This document shows positions 35,536 to 47,933 of a stretch of 64,000 nucleotides of DNA, piece after piece (position 1 is the first letter of the stretch; each line of letters starts with the position of its first letter). Made by a program: the position numbers and the translations under genes. The stretch comes from Elsinoe ampelina (Eukaryota): positions 3,182,489 to 3,246,488 of the forward strand of contig ML992501.1 in the NCBI GenBank assembly GCA_010093995.1, in the 5' to 3' direction. The notes under the pieces are model-generated. The model saw only the letters and a list, made by a program, of their open reading frames with translations, was not told the DNA's origin and made no database searches.

Positions 35536-38380
35536 CTAAGCAGCTTCTACCATCATCCCTTGACCCAGCCCCTGACCTGCCGTGGAAGGACCCCTGACGT
35601 GACCCCCAAAGCCCCTGCCACCCTGGCTTGCAGCGAATGCTCCAATACCAGCCAACGCACCTTGCGGAGCCCCTGCATTGCCCAACAGTCCTGCACCCGT
35701 GGCCGTACCGACTGGGGGAGACTGATTATTCACACCCTCGACGAGCGCCAGAAACTCTCTCACTCTGCCTACACCAAGACCGCCCATGCCCGACGCCGAA
35801 GCTAGCTGGCTCCCATCTTGTGCGCGTTGGCTTGATTGACTACGCTGCGATGCCGAGGACATGTCCTGCGCACCGGAGAAAGCTTGTTGGGTCGAGGCAG
35901 GACGGGATTGGGGAGCAGGAAGGGCGACGGGGTTATTTGAGCCTTCGCTCTCCACGGCAGCAACCAGGCCGGACAGCATCTCGTCGACTTTGTCTTCGGC
36001 GACAGAGGTACACAGGCTGATGACCCGGCGGTACATGCTTTCGAGGTCGAGGGATTTGGATTTTAGGGTTTGATTCTCTTGTGTGAGCGCGGCATTATTG
36101 CGCTCGTAACCGCGGGAGATGGCTCGGAGCTGGGCGACAGAGAGATTGCCGAGCGCGGCGGAGGAGATGTTATCGGCGTGAGTCGGCAGGCGGTAGCGCT
36201 TGCTTATGTTGTCGTCGGCAGAGCCTGTGGCTGCATTTGAACGAGATGTTGAGCTCGACAAAAAGCGGGACAGGTTTTGAATCTTCCTTTCCCGTTCTTC
36301 CCGGAGGCGAACCTTGTCCTTCATGTCGTTGAATCTCTGCAGTTCAGCGGCTTGTTGTGACGAGAGCTCCTGGATCTGCGTCGTCAGGGCATCGATCTGC
36401 GTCATTTTCTGCTGTAGAAGCGTTTTGTGGTTTTGTAGATTGGATTGCAGAAGTGAGGTAAGAGCTACATCTTGGTCAGCTTAGTTTAGGTGGTCGATCT
36501 GCGCACTTACAGGTGATAACATCTTGGTTCTGTTCTTCAAGCATGCTTGCATTGATCATGCTCTCGTCGCCATCCGCATTTGTGGCTTGCGATTGGCGAT
36601 CAGCACCCTGGCTCGCAGGCAGACCGTTGGTGATGGATTGTGAGAAGGACATCATATCTCCATTGAATCCATCTTCGACGCCAACACCAAAATCTCTTGC
36701 CGAAACACCTTTGTGATTGGCAATGGTAGGATCAGCTCTGATCTCCAAAAGCTGTTGGATTATGGAGCGGTTGCCTATTCTGGCAACCAGATTCAGGGCG
36801 GTGTTTCCGCCTTTGTCTTGGGCATTGACGATGGTCGACAAGAATCGCATCAAGCTCATTGGCCCGCCGGCATTTTGTAATGCGCCTAGTCCATCCTGAG
36901 AAGATGAAGCATGCGTCGCGCTCCGTACCAGAAATTCCAACAAGGCTTCGAGGTAATATTTAGAGCTCGGTGCTCGACCTTTGATGCCGCATGCGACTGC
37001 TATGTGGTGCAGAATCGTCCTGCCTTGTGCATCGCGGACCTCGATCAATGGGCTGAGGAGCTCCAGCAGATGCGGAAAGCAGGAGTGCTCCGAGCAGTTG
37101 TTGACAAGTACAGCGGCGACCAGAGCAGACTGGCCGGCCGCATTGCCTCTCCACATGTTGGCACCTTTCTGAAGTAGCAGCTTGACCAGGGGTACACGAG
37201 CGAGCGTCGCAGCCCAGTGCAGGGCGGTGTTTGCTGAAGCATCAAGGGGTAGGTCGTAGTCTTCTGGGTTGAGCTGCGTAAATGCAGGATGAGTCGAGTA
37301 ATCGATACGGGCTTGATCGGCGAACAGATCCATGAGCATAGCTCTCCTCTCTTCGGCTTCTGGAGTCTCTGGTGCTGGAAGTGGCGGAAGCGTGATTGGG
37401 GGGCCATCATAGTTCGGGTCTGGGAAGGAGGCTTGCTGGTAGACAAATGACTCGTTGGGTTCTGTAGGTGTGCCAGATCGCATTGACATATCCACTGGGA
37501 GTGATGGCCTTCCATCGTCGGTGCGAATGCGCTTTCGTGGAGGCTCGACTCCATTGGCGAACGAGGCATCCATGGACATGTCCCCTCCGAAGCTGTGATC
37601 AGACACCATACTCTGCTGACTAGCTGACTGCATCAATTGCCTGGGTGGGGGAGCTCTTGGTGCTGAAGAGTTGAGTCGTGCTGCCTTCTCCATCGCTGAC
37701 AGGGCTACGGATGACATGGGCGATATGTTTGAGAAGAAAGTCCCGTTACTCGCAGTCCCATTCCGCTGATCTGTAGATGTGTTGTACATGCGCTTACGGT
37801 TCGCAGCCATTGCCTGTTCTTTAGTCGGCGTGTCCTGCGTCTGGCTGGCCTCGATGCCGTCGTTCTCGCGGTCGTATTCGAGGAGTGGTCGCATGACGTC
37901 CTCGACGCCGTACTGCTTGCAAAATTGCACGCCTCGATCATATGAGATCCATGTGCCCTGGTATCGGCCGTATCCACCCTGGCGCTTCTCGTGCTCGCCG
38001 ATGTGGATCTCCTTTTCCAAGACTTTTGTGCGCTTGCCCTTGTCGACACCTGCAACTTTCAGGATCTGAGTCGCATTCAGCCAGCCGTCCGCGCGCCTTC
38101 GCATACAGGCGATGCCATTAACTTCCATCTCATACACTTTGACCCCGGAATAGATGGCCGTATAGATCTGTGGCTTGTCGCTTCGGAATGGAGGGCCGGG
38201 TGGTTGGGTCGAGTCCTGGAATGAACGATATGGAGATTTTGAGGGTGTTGCACCATTCTTTTGGCCTTGCGCCGGATGCGCAAAAGACATGCTCGTTCCA
38301 TTGGTGAAAGACATGTGCGAATCGCCGTAGTTCTTGACGGGAGATTGACCGGTGAAGGAGGTAGCAGCGGGGTTCGCCAT
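35536..38380 (-). CDS. swi6: SBF/MBF cell-cycle transcription factor (APSES/KilA-N + ankyrin repeats + coiled coil), Swi6/Cdc10 type
   Basis: WLNATQILKVAGVDKGKRTKVLEKEI..GGYGRYQGTW; ankyrin motifs NTALHWAA, GRTILHHIA and GNTALNL. Intron 36465-36510 joins the C-terminal coiled-coil exon. Confidence 0.88.
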
Positions 38381-38704
38381 GACGGCTGAGGATTCGCTAT
38401 ATGTACAGCAATTGGATTCTCCAGTTTTCTACAGATGATTAGTTCATGAATGCCGGGACATGACCGAGTCGAGCAAGCAGCAGTCGTTCGTTCGAGGTTG
38501 TCCGAGCGCAAAAGTCCGTAATTGGGCAAATTGCAAGCGGAAGTGAGGAAGACGTGGACGTGTCGCGCGTTTTGCGACGCCAGGAGAGGGGGCAACCAAT
38601 CAAGGAACGCCAACCAGATCCACTCTTCGTGATCGGAAACGAGTCCGTGCTCCTCGTCTACCAAACCTTGGCTGCAACGTCGATTGCAAGTCGCGTGAGG
38701 ATGA

Positions 38705-39874
38705 ATGCAATATTTTCTCCCATCTATGCCTGTCCCAAACACACTGACGGTCATTCGCGGTACTAAGCCGGCCAGAGTGGTGCTTAGTGTCCTCCCCCCT
38801 GACCATGCATACACGTCCGAACAGCTAGCTGTTGCCCGTCACTGCTACAGGGCAATCCTCCGCGAGGCATCATATCTACCCGATCCCTGGTCGCGACAAT
38901 ATGTGAAGCTCTGTGCGCAGCATCGATTTAGGAAAGCGCCGCCTCGATATCCGGCCAAAGCAAGGCCTGCAGAGCTACAGTTGGGGTATGTGGTGGCAGA
39001 CACGCGCAAGCATGTTCGTCAATTAGTCAAAGCCAACAAAGGCGAAACAGGAGCACTTGAGAAGATCATGCGATTGGCTTTCGGTCGAACTGGCAAACGA
39101 CGTCATGAGTTGCTGAGCCCACTTCTCGGTGGATGCGAATACCGAGACGTGCAAAAACCACCAACTCTGTCCAAGGCGATGCATGCTTTGCTCATTTCAC
39201 AGGTAGTGAACAAACCACCTACAACAGGACGAAGTAACCCAAGATCTCTCAAAGCCACGGTACCCGATTACAACGAGCTCAACGCTTGGTCACATCCTGT
39301 ATCAGAACGAAGAGCGATACGCAAGGCCAAGGTAGCCCTGTATGACATGTTTGATCGAGTCCAAGTCCCACCACCTGAGGATCAGTGGAACTTCCTGCAC
39401 AAGATCATTGTAGAAGGTGGGACTGTGCCCGCGGTCCCTGAGTATAGGGTACGTACAAAACCCATGGGAGATGAGACCGAGCATGAGATTGAGGATCATG
39501 TCGATGGCGAGTCTGCCATTATCGCTGCAGGGAAGCAGCTTGTCCTTTTGTCACGCATACTTCTTGGAAAGCAGCCAGAAAAGCAGGTCGCGTCAGCCGA
39601 ATACGTGTTTGAGCGTCTCCGACGACATCGATGCCCTGAGACCTGGTACTACTCAGGCGTCAAGTACAACAACAACCCGCGCTCGTTAACCATCACGCCC
39701 CGGCTAATGCGCAGACGGTATCAAGCCGTGTTCGCGCAATGTCCTCGCATACAGTACGACACAAACAACGACAAATGGATCGTACAGTGGGGTCATAAAC
39801 TCATCGAGGAGGCTGTGTGGAGGCGAGTAGCGAAGGAACACGACATACAAGCCTATAATGGCCATGCCGGATGA
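38705..39874 (+). CDS. Mitochondrial LYR-motif-like protein
   Basis: HCYRAILREASYLPDP..HRFR and LAFGRTGKRRHELL. Start is either 38705 or the next in-frame ATG (MPVPNTL). Confidence 0.75.
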   Translation: MQYFLPSMPVPNTLTVIRGTKPARVVLSVLPPDHAYTSEQLAVARHCYRAILREASYLPDPWSRQYVKLCAQHRFRKAPPRYPAKARPAELQLGYVVADTRKHVRQLVKANKGETGALEKIMRLAFGRTGKRRHELLSPLLGGCEYRDVQKPPTLSKAMHALLISQVVNKPPTTGRSNPRSLKATVPDYNELNAWSHPVSERRAIRKAKVALYDMFDRVQVPPPEDQWNFLHKIIVEGGTVPAVPEYRVRTKPMGDETEHEIEDHVDGESAIIAAGKQLVLLSRILLGKQPEKQVASAEYVFERLRRHRCPETWYYSGVKYNNNPRSLTITPRLMRRRYQAVFAQCPRIQYDTNNDKWIVQWGHKLIEEAVWRRVAKEHDIQAYNGHAG

Positions 39875-40043
39875 AGACGACTTTGTGGAGGGACTTCGGA
39901 GGCATGTTCGGAATTGTCGGTTCAGCGGCCCGTCCGACCCCTCTCTCCGAGCGACCTCACGACAGATTTCATTTGGTCTTCGCAAGCAACAGCCATCCCT
40001 GATCGCATTCATTCAGCATTGTTGACCTCTATCGGACCCCAAA

Positions 40044-40657
40044 ATGGCTTCGCAACACACAATCAACCACGCAACCAGGGATGGTGAGTCGTCGATGCCC
40101 GATTGCGGAACCAAGCTAATCCCCCAGATGTTCCCCACATCCTGGCCATGATCCGCGAACTAGCCGACTACGAGCACGCCCTGTCCTTTGTCAAAGCGAC
40201 CGAGCAGACTCTGCTCGACACTCTCTGCCACGCCTCAGCTCCGGGGGAAGCTCCTTCTGGTCCTGGCTATGCCAAAACACTTATTCTCCGCATCCCAAGC
40301 TCCTCCTCGAACCCCGCGACCACAAACTCTTCCCATTCCTACTCCTCCTCGTGCGGCGAAGTCGTCGGCATGGCCATGTACTTCAACAACTACAGCACGT
40401 GGAACAGCGCACCGGGAATCTACCTCGAAGATTTATATGTGCGGAAAGAGTACCGGAACAAAGGCTATGGGAAGCAATTGATTCAGGCATTGGCCAAAGA
40501 GACCTTGCGCATTAAGGGTAAGAGATTGGAATGGAGCTGCTTGAAGTGGAACGAGCCAAGTCTGCAGTTCTACCGCGGCTTGGGAGCCACCGAGATGAAG
40601 AACTGGGTCGGCTTGAGGGTGGATGGTGAATCGTTAGAGACGCTTGGATCGGAATGA
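40044..40657 (+). CDS. GNAT N-acetyltransferase (diamine/SSAT, ats1-like)
   Basis: One intron. DVPHILAMIRELADYE, YFNNYSTW, IYLEDLYV..YRNKGYG, LEWSCLKWNEPSLQFY. Confidence 0.92.
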
Positions 40658-40752
40658 TGAGACGACAATACGACACAAAATGACAGCAAAGCTGCGCAAG
40701 AGCGTGGTATTCTTTGTACATATCCTACAGCCCTCCACCGGGTATACCTCAT

Positions 40753-42221
40753 CTACCGCCGCCTGAGATACCAGTTGTGTGCCAATTCATATACCTCTTC
40801 ATTGTACGGCGATGGTACCTCTGCCAGCCCCGGTCGCGCTACCGGATGCCGTAGATACACGGCTGAGCAGATCTTGTGGTTGACTTCCAGGTAACGGGGT
40901 ATAAATGCGAAGGCCGACATGAACTCTCTCGGTTGCCATGGTGTTGCGTATGGCTTGCTTGCGTTTATCGAACCCATCTCACTTTCGTTCTCGGATGCAA
41001 GGTCGAGCGCTTGTCGGAGCAGTCGGGCGTCGCGGTGGGCATAAATTCTTCCGCCTTCCTCATCCTCTTTCCCGGTTTGCTCCTCCATCTTGTCTTCAGA
41101 CGTTTCTGATGCCGATGTTGTAGTTGATGCCTCGCCCCTGAGAAGCTTCTCCAGTGTGGCCTGAAGATCCTCCACCGTCTCCCCTGCAGGCGCGCCAGCT
41201 ACTGTGTCTCCCCTTATCTTCGACATTGTGGACTTGACCTGCCGACTGAAAGCTCGCATCGCTTGCTTTTGCTTACCGGACATCTTTGCCTTCTCTTTTG
41301 GGTTCGCAAGAATCTCCCTGGCCTCTGATAGTAAGTGTCGTAGTGCTTTCTTCGGATCTGCTGGTATTTCTGCTTCGGCAAGCTCGAGAGATTCGCCTTC
41401 GTCAAGACCCACTTCCGTTTCTTCCGTTTCTTCCGTTTCGAGCTCTTCTTCCAACTCGTCGTCTTCGTCCAATTCTCGTTCATCGTTTCTCTGCCGAGAG
41501 CTCTTGCCTTCCTCGCCGCTCATATCTCGGCCTTGTGATGTCTCTGGACTGTTCTTGTCAAACTTTCTCGCTCCAGTAGCGTAGAGCACCCGTTCCGGCT
41601 CGACCTGGAACATGTCTCCCGGGTTGAGTAGGTATCCAGGATGTCGCATCTACATCCAGTCAGCACTGACACACGATGCTCGAGAAATAGACTCACCTTC
41701 TTCCCGTTGACTCGCACGGCTCCATGTACCACAAATTGTCTAGCTTGTAATGCACTACTCGCGAATAGTGCCCTCCAAACAGCTGTGTCCAACCTTCTCT
41801 CCGTTGGCCAATATGCCATCTGCATGTACGGTGTCCTCTGTCCCAACCTTTCATCGGGTTTATGCGCAACCTTTTGTGCATCCTCGCCATCCTCGCCATC
41901 CTCTTCAAGGTCTTCCTCCGCAACGTCTTTCCCTGACCCGCGGCCACCACTTTGATGCCTTCCATCTGTCCTTGCTAGCACCGCCGCATCCACAGGTACA
42001 ACAGCCGGTAGTCGTCGATCAAACATTAATTGCCATTTCTTCTCCCGAATCTGGTTCCCGTGAAATGCTCGCGTGAGAGATTTGGCTTCCCATTTCTGTT
42101 GGAAGAACGTCTTGAAGTCGTGTCGAGGTTCGCGCAGACGAGAGAGGTTGAACAGTGTCCATTTCGACCAGTCTTGCCGTACTTTGGGCCTTTTGAGATT
42201 GTGGAAGCGTTTTCGCGTCAT
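40753..42221 (-). CDS. NAM9: Mitochondrial small-subunit ribosomal protein uS4m
   Basis: TFFQQKW, ERRLDTAVWRALFASSALQARQFVVHGAVRVNG (S4 domain); intron 41650-41696; FAFIPRYLEVN..YLRHPVARPG..HNWYLRRR. Confidence 0.95.
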
Positions 42222-42493
42222 CCTGCCGCTAAGCTGGAGATTGGTGGCAAGCTCGTGGTAACGAAGATAAATTCTTGAGGTAGAAGCCGGCTGCATTGGT
42301 AATGAAATGGGCTACCGTAAACAAGACTACGGTGGGCCGGAATGTGATCTTGGCATAGTCACAAACTTTCACACCTGCACCTCATGTAATAAACGCCGCG
42401 GATTTCTCCCTTCTATCTATCTTCATCATGTACACTGGTCTGTAAGACCTACGGACCCACACGTGGTACAATCACGAACAAGCAAGGCTCATC

Positions 42494-43131
42494 ATGCTGC
42501 CGGAGGTCCTTCGTGGTGCTTCTGAGCGCTACAAGAACGATACTGATGTGCTTGCATGTTTGCTGCTCAACGTGACTGAAGAGCTTCAACCGCTTGATCA
42601 AGCCAATGCCTCTAAGAAAGGCAAGAAGACGGATCAAGCTTCTGGAATCAAGGTATCAATATGACGGGCATGGGATTTCACACTTCATCTGCCGTGAACA
42701 TGCTGACATGCATTTGGTTGATACGCAATGCAGACACAAGAAGCAAGAGTACACACGATTCCACTCAGTCAATTCCAGGTACCACTCTCTGAGAAGGCTG
42801 CTGCTCAAGGTCCAACAGTTCCCCTTAAGGTCCTGAAAGCAATCAGGCGAGCCACCTCTGGCAGGACACGTTTTAGTGACTGGTTCCAAAAAGGTTGGGT
42901 AATGTTGGGAGCGTCATAGTCACGAACGTTGAGAAGGTCCTGCAGTCATGGGAAAGACAGAACGGGCAGCAAACGATTAAAGAGCCAAATGCCTTCTGCA
43001 GGAACGGACCCAACCTGCCGCCGAAGCGGAAGGAGAAAGAAGAGCAAACGTGGTATTGGTTCTCTCTAGAGGAAGTGCTTGATGCGAAGGCGAAGACTCT
43101 AGCGGGTTTGCAGACGGGAATCAGGCGTTGA
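42494..43131 (+). pseudogene. Degenerate DUF6604-like gene fragment
   Basis: MLPEVLRGASERYKNDTDVLACLL / phase-0 intron / ..VPLKVLKAIRRATSGRTRFSDWF, then a stop at 42919. A VEKVL-like continuation lies in another frame. Confidence 0.5.
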
Positions 43132-43416
43132 TGAGTTGCGGTCAGGAATGCCATGGTGGTCATGACAAGCACGATGAATAATATGGATTAGCCGCACGTA
43201 CGAAGATCTCTCATAGCCGCCATCGGCGTGCGATGTGCAAGGATACGCTGGAATGACAGGCAATGCCTGCAGAAAGTTCTAAAAGGCTGATAATACATCC
43301 ACTGTCAAATTTAAATTTTGACCATATCGTGTCACGCCCCAATCTTGCCAGGCACGAGACACCTATGCTTAGCGATTTCCTCCATCTCGACCAACCGACT
43401 GGCCACATGACCAACT

Positions 43417-44089
43417 ATGAGAAACACCCCAAGACTCCCAAGCGGCGTGAAAAGGATGATCGTACAGTACAAGACAGATACGGAGACGTTCGTACAGTGG
43501 CTTATGGTCACAGCTAGCCACCTTCGCCCGGATGGCCCAGGAGCACGGCCTGGTGGAAGCGTCAGACGATCAAAGAGGAGAGCAGCTTACGTCGTATGAT
43601 CTGGCCATGTATCGATCACAATCAGGGACTGAATAGTACCAGACAAAGCAAGTGAGAGATTGGGAAGATCTCGCAGGTATGGCGGCAACTATTGCGGCGG
43701 TCGGAGTGGCCATTCCGCCACACATTGAAGCCGCGGCACATCGAGCCATCTTGAACAGACAGCAGTGTCAGAAGTGGTACGCTGCACATCTAGGAATACA
43801 GATTCCCAAGCAGACCATCGTTGGCCATGAGAAGTTCATCGCTGCCATGCAGGCGAGCTTAATGCTGTTACCACGTGGGCAGCTGAGCGGTGATGGCGCT
43901 ACTGGCCAGAACTCGTCTACGGAGAAGCCAACGACTTCGATATCCACAGAGATCCCGTCCAAACAAGCCAACATTGACGAGAATCAGGCAATGAGAACAA
44001 TGGGAGTCTTGACACGGTTTTCACAATCGATCAACAACCTCCTAGACTGGACTCGCAGGATGCTCTGGAAGGACGCTGGACGGCCCTGA
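43417..44089 (+). CDS. Short DUF6604-like protein (~208 aa; possibly truncated)
   Basis: QYKTDTETFVQWL..A / intron 43594-43642 / LAGMAATI..IPPHI..RAILNRQQCQKWY..GHEKFIAAM, matching the DUF6604 pattern as I recall it. Confidence 0.55.
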
Positions 44090-44286
44090 TTCGAGTACTT
44101 CTGGTCATATCTCGAATGATCAGAGCACGTTACTACGTGGGAAGCCTCAGAGACCCTGGCAGCCTCAAGCTGGCGCTCTCGACCCCAGGAGCGTCGGCGT
44201 CCATCGGCAAGATTCATGGTTCGCGACCGCCCGGCGCTCCATTGTGGCAACAGGAACAAAATGCATGGAAAGCAGACAGCGGCTGT

Positions 44287-45401
44287 CTACCAAGATACCT
44301 CCTTCCAAGGTCTACCTCCGTGCTCTTCGCCCAGATCTTTCAACGTCTTCCACTTCCACCTCTTCTCACCAGGATTCACCAATTCATTCTGGTTTCCCTG
44401 TCCACTAGGACTAAAGTCCAGCGTCCCCGAACCCATCACAAACTCGATAAACTCATTCACCGGTCCATTCTTCTCGATCGTCTTGCGCTTGAACTCTGTA
44501 AAATCAACCTCCTTGACCTTCACAGTCCCCGCACCCGCAGCCTCCATCACCTCTGCTATATCCCCCACCCCCTTCGCATCACCACTGATCCTCACCACCT
44601 CCGGCACGTCTCTGGCATCAAGAAGGGCGATCTCCACCACCGCCCTCCCAACGTCCTCCATGGACGTATATGATGACTTGGTCGTCTTGCTACCGACAGC
44701 GAGGTACTCTCCCCGATCCGTGAAGAAGCCCATCCAGGGTCCAATGGCACGTTCCAGGAACAAGCCGGGGAAGACCTGACATGTCTTGACGTTGGGAGCG
44801 GTGGAGCGGGCGCCGAGGGCGTGGTCTCGTTTGTAATCCCATTCGGGGTGGGAGAAATCGTGGATGGTGTGGTCAACGCCGAATTCGGATGGGAGGTAGA
44901 GCTTGATGCTGCTGGATGGGATGGCCGAGAGGAGGAGCTCTTTGAGGTGGTGTCCTTGTGGTCCGACCCTGGTAGCGATTAGTCGGAATTGAAAGACATA
45001 TGCGGCAAAGGGAAGAGAGGCATCGGGGGCGAACTTGAGGGAGGGGAGGAATAGGGGAAGGGAGGGGAACTTCAAGGTGCAAAGTAGGAGAGTCAAGGGA
45101 CATGTTCATATAGATGGAACTAGCAGGAAATGGCAGAGTAAGGTGTGCTGGTTGTGCTGAGGGGACGCACATACATGTTCACCAGGACATCTACGTCAGA
45201 GAGTATTCCAGGAATATCAGAATCGTCAGACCATGTGGCAATCGTTGCACCTCCCTTCTCCCATTCTGCAGTCTGATCTGTAGCTTTGCGAGTGATGGCT
45301 ATGATCTTCTTGAACCTAGACTGGTTCTCCGGAAGGAGGATGATGCGCATGAGGCATTGGCCCTGATTGCCAGTGGCGCCGGCGATGGCGATTGTCTGCA
45401 T
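44287..45401 (-). CDS. NmrA-like / isoflavone-reductase-like NAD(P)-binding protein
   Basis: IAIAGATGNQG; intron 44969-45174; LYLPSEFGVD; PGLFLE; SYTSMEDVGRAV. Confidence 0.88.
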
Positions 45402-45607
45402 TGTCGAGGGTCACTGTCTGATGCAGGAGTCAGGAGCAGGAATGAAGAATCGACCTCTCCTCCGCCGGCAACAGGTGATAGTGGCTTACAACCGTGACGA
45501 CCCAGAGTGATGCGGGGAGGGGTTGGGGGATGCATTTCGACCCCACAGCTAGACCCGTTGTGCGTTGTGCGGCTCTGCAAAGACACTTGGGGGAAATCCG
45601 GTACCAT

Positions 45608-46100
45608 TCACTGTTTGACTACGGCACCGACATCTACGAGTATGTAAGGGTGCGGTGCTGTTCCGTCGTCATCCTGCTCGGTCCATACTGTCCAGTGCTT
45701 GCTCTTGAAACCCTGCTTCTCAACCTCATCGGCGACAGGGCATGCCAGGGCAGCTGCGGAGATGCCGAGTAACCTCCCTTCCAGATTGGCAGCCGACTGC
45801 TGGTCACCTCTCAGTGGCATGGTATCAATCAATGTGTTGTATTTGCCTGTCTTGGCCCCTAATCTGTACGACCAAGGCGGCGAGAGGGACGTCCAGCGGA
45901 AGTTGGTGTTGCCCTCGAAGAACAGGTAAGAAGTCCGGCAGGCTGTGATGAGTGGCTTTGCATGGTCATTCTTGAGGGTTTTCTGTTCGTTGGACTCCCT
46001 GACGAATGCTGCTTCTGGAGTGTCTCTGCCTTCTCTCAATGCTTGACGAGCACTGCGGTAGACGTCGCTAAGCCCTAGACTGGCTAGCTTGGGCACGAAA
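45608..46100 (-). pseudogene. 5'-truncated NAD(P)-binding (flavin-reductase-like) oxidoreductase fragment
   Basis: C-terminal motifs ACRTSYLFFEGNTNFRWTSLSPP..GAKTGKY..GISAAALA..ADEVE..HW. No ATG or N-terminal Rossmann GxxG exon fits before the DMATS gene. Confidence 0.6.
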
Positions 46101-46360
46101 ACTCTGTAATAATAGAAGCTAAGGCAGTCCCACGGTCCACCTGGCTAATTGGCACCGTGCTTAGCGATCGACTAAGGGCACGCAAGCAGGGCGGGCATGA
46201 AGGGCACCCGCAGAATGCCTGCCGACGCCGCTCAGCCAGCATTTTCCTATACCTCGCGTGCACCCAGGACATATCTGAGGCTCTCGATCTGCGGTATTCA
46301 TCCTTCTGCTCGCTATCGCAGTCACCCCGAGTAGCAGAGTGAGCGCCTACAGAAACCAAG

Positions 46361-47661
46361 ATGGTTGCAGATTCAAGCTTTGACTTCTGGCAGAGGGAGG
46401 TTGGTGCGCCTTTGGCGACACTTTTGCGTAAAGCTGGCTATGACTTGGAAAGTCAGGATACCAACATGCAAATCTTTCTCGACTGTACCGTTCCGGCTTT
46501 GGGACCCGCGTGCTTGCGCCCAGACGACTTTCCACCCTGGCAGAGCTTCATGACAGACGACCACACTCCTGTCGAGCTCAGCTGGGCATGGGGATGTACC
46601 GGCGAGGACCCAAGCATAAGGTATGCCCTGGAACCGATTGGATCCTCTGCACATGGACGTTCGGATCTTTGGAACCTGCAAGCATCGCGAGATCTGATCA
46701 AAGAGCTTCAGCATATCGTTCCAAATTTCAATCTTCGCTTGTATAGCCACTTCGCTCAACGACTTCTACCGAATGATCAGGACCCTCAGTATACGTCTTT
46801 GCAGGACCAGTTTCCTGCCGGGACCTCATCCTTCTTCCTGGCTTACGACTTGAGGAGGAAAGGGCCAATGACAGTCAAAGCATATTTCCTGCCTTATGTC
46901 CGGGCATTACAATCTAAAGTGTCGAACTTCGACCTCATTGTCCAAGCAATCCGTAGCCTTCCGGAAGCTCGAGCCGGGGCATTTCAAGCTCTAGACTTGC
47001 TCACGAAATTCACCCAGAAAGATCCCATCGGCTCAACTCTCGAATGTGATATACTTGGTATCGACTGCGTGCCCGAGCAGTCTGCGCGCCTCAAAATCTA
47101 TCTTCGTTCCAGATGCACAAGTTTCGACTCGGTCAGATGGATCATGACCATCGGCGGCCGCATACAAAGCCCAGAAAACGAGCAAGCCTTCCGAGATCTT
47201 TTCGAACTTTGGCAGGCACTCTTCCAACCCAGTAAGCAACAAGCAATCAGAAGTAGCGATGAATTAGACTTTTGCTCTCATCGAACGGCTGGCATCCTTT
47301 ACTATTTCGACTTTTCCCAAAACAAATCACAGCCGGTGCCGAAAGTGTACCTACCTGTGCGCCATTACGGGAAGTCAGATCATCTGGTGGCGACGGCATT
47401 GTGTACGTACATGCAGCGAAGAGGCAAGAAACAAGAGGCCCGTCAGTATCAATTGGCACTTGAAGAGATCTAGTTAGTCGCCAGTTTCCCAACAATTCGA
47501 CAGTGGATCGCCATCGCTGACATTGTTCCAGCACCAGCCATGACCTCCGCAATAGCCTAGGCGCTCAGACGTATACAGCCTGCGCTATCAAAAGTGGCCA
47601 GCTTATGATCACGTCGTATATTAATCCCAAGATCTACAGCAAGCAGACTACAAGGAATTAG
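46361..47661 (+). CDS. DMATS-superfamily aromatic prenyltransferase
   Basis: WQSFMTDDHTPVELSW, IRYALEPIG, VKAYF, GIDCV..ARLKIY, LYYFD, PKVYLPVRHYG. One intron near the 3' end, then QTY..ITSYINP; stop at 47661. Confidence 0.93.
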
Positions 47662-47933
47662 ATTCAACCTATGTCACGCCGGATGCAATACATCTTGCAC
47701 CGACTACTTTACGAAGTCTGCTGCAAAATACAATGCGAAGTTCGGTGCCTCCAAGGAAGACGTGGGCCGGTGCACTCGCTGAGGCAACCTTAGATGCAGA
47801 ATTTAGCATAGTCCATCGCTTGTCTTCATTCAAGTGTTATATTAAGCCACCACTTCTTTTTCTTAGGATCTTGAGCGTCACTCGTTATCTTTGCCAAAGC
47901 TCTGCATGATCACAGATCCTCGCTCTCTGTCCA

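Noticed and set aside
38555..38700. CGCG-containing motifs upstream of swi6 as MCB/SCB autoregulatory sites
   Set aside because: No exact ACGCGT or CRCGAAA match, and CGCG is frequent in this GC-rich DNA.
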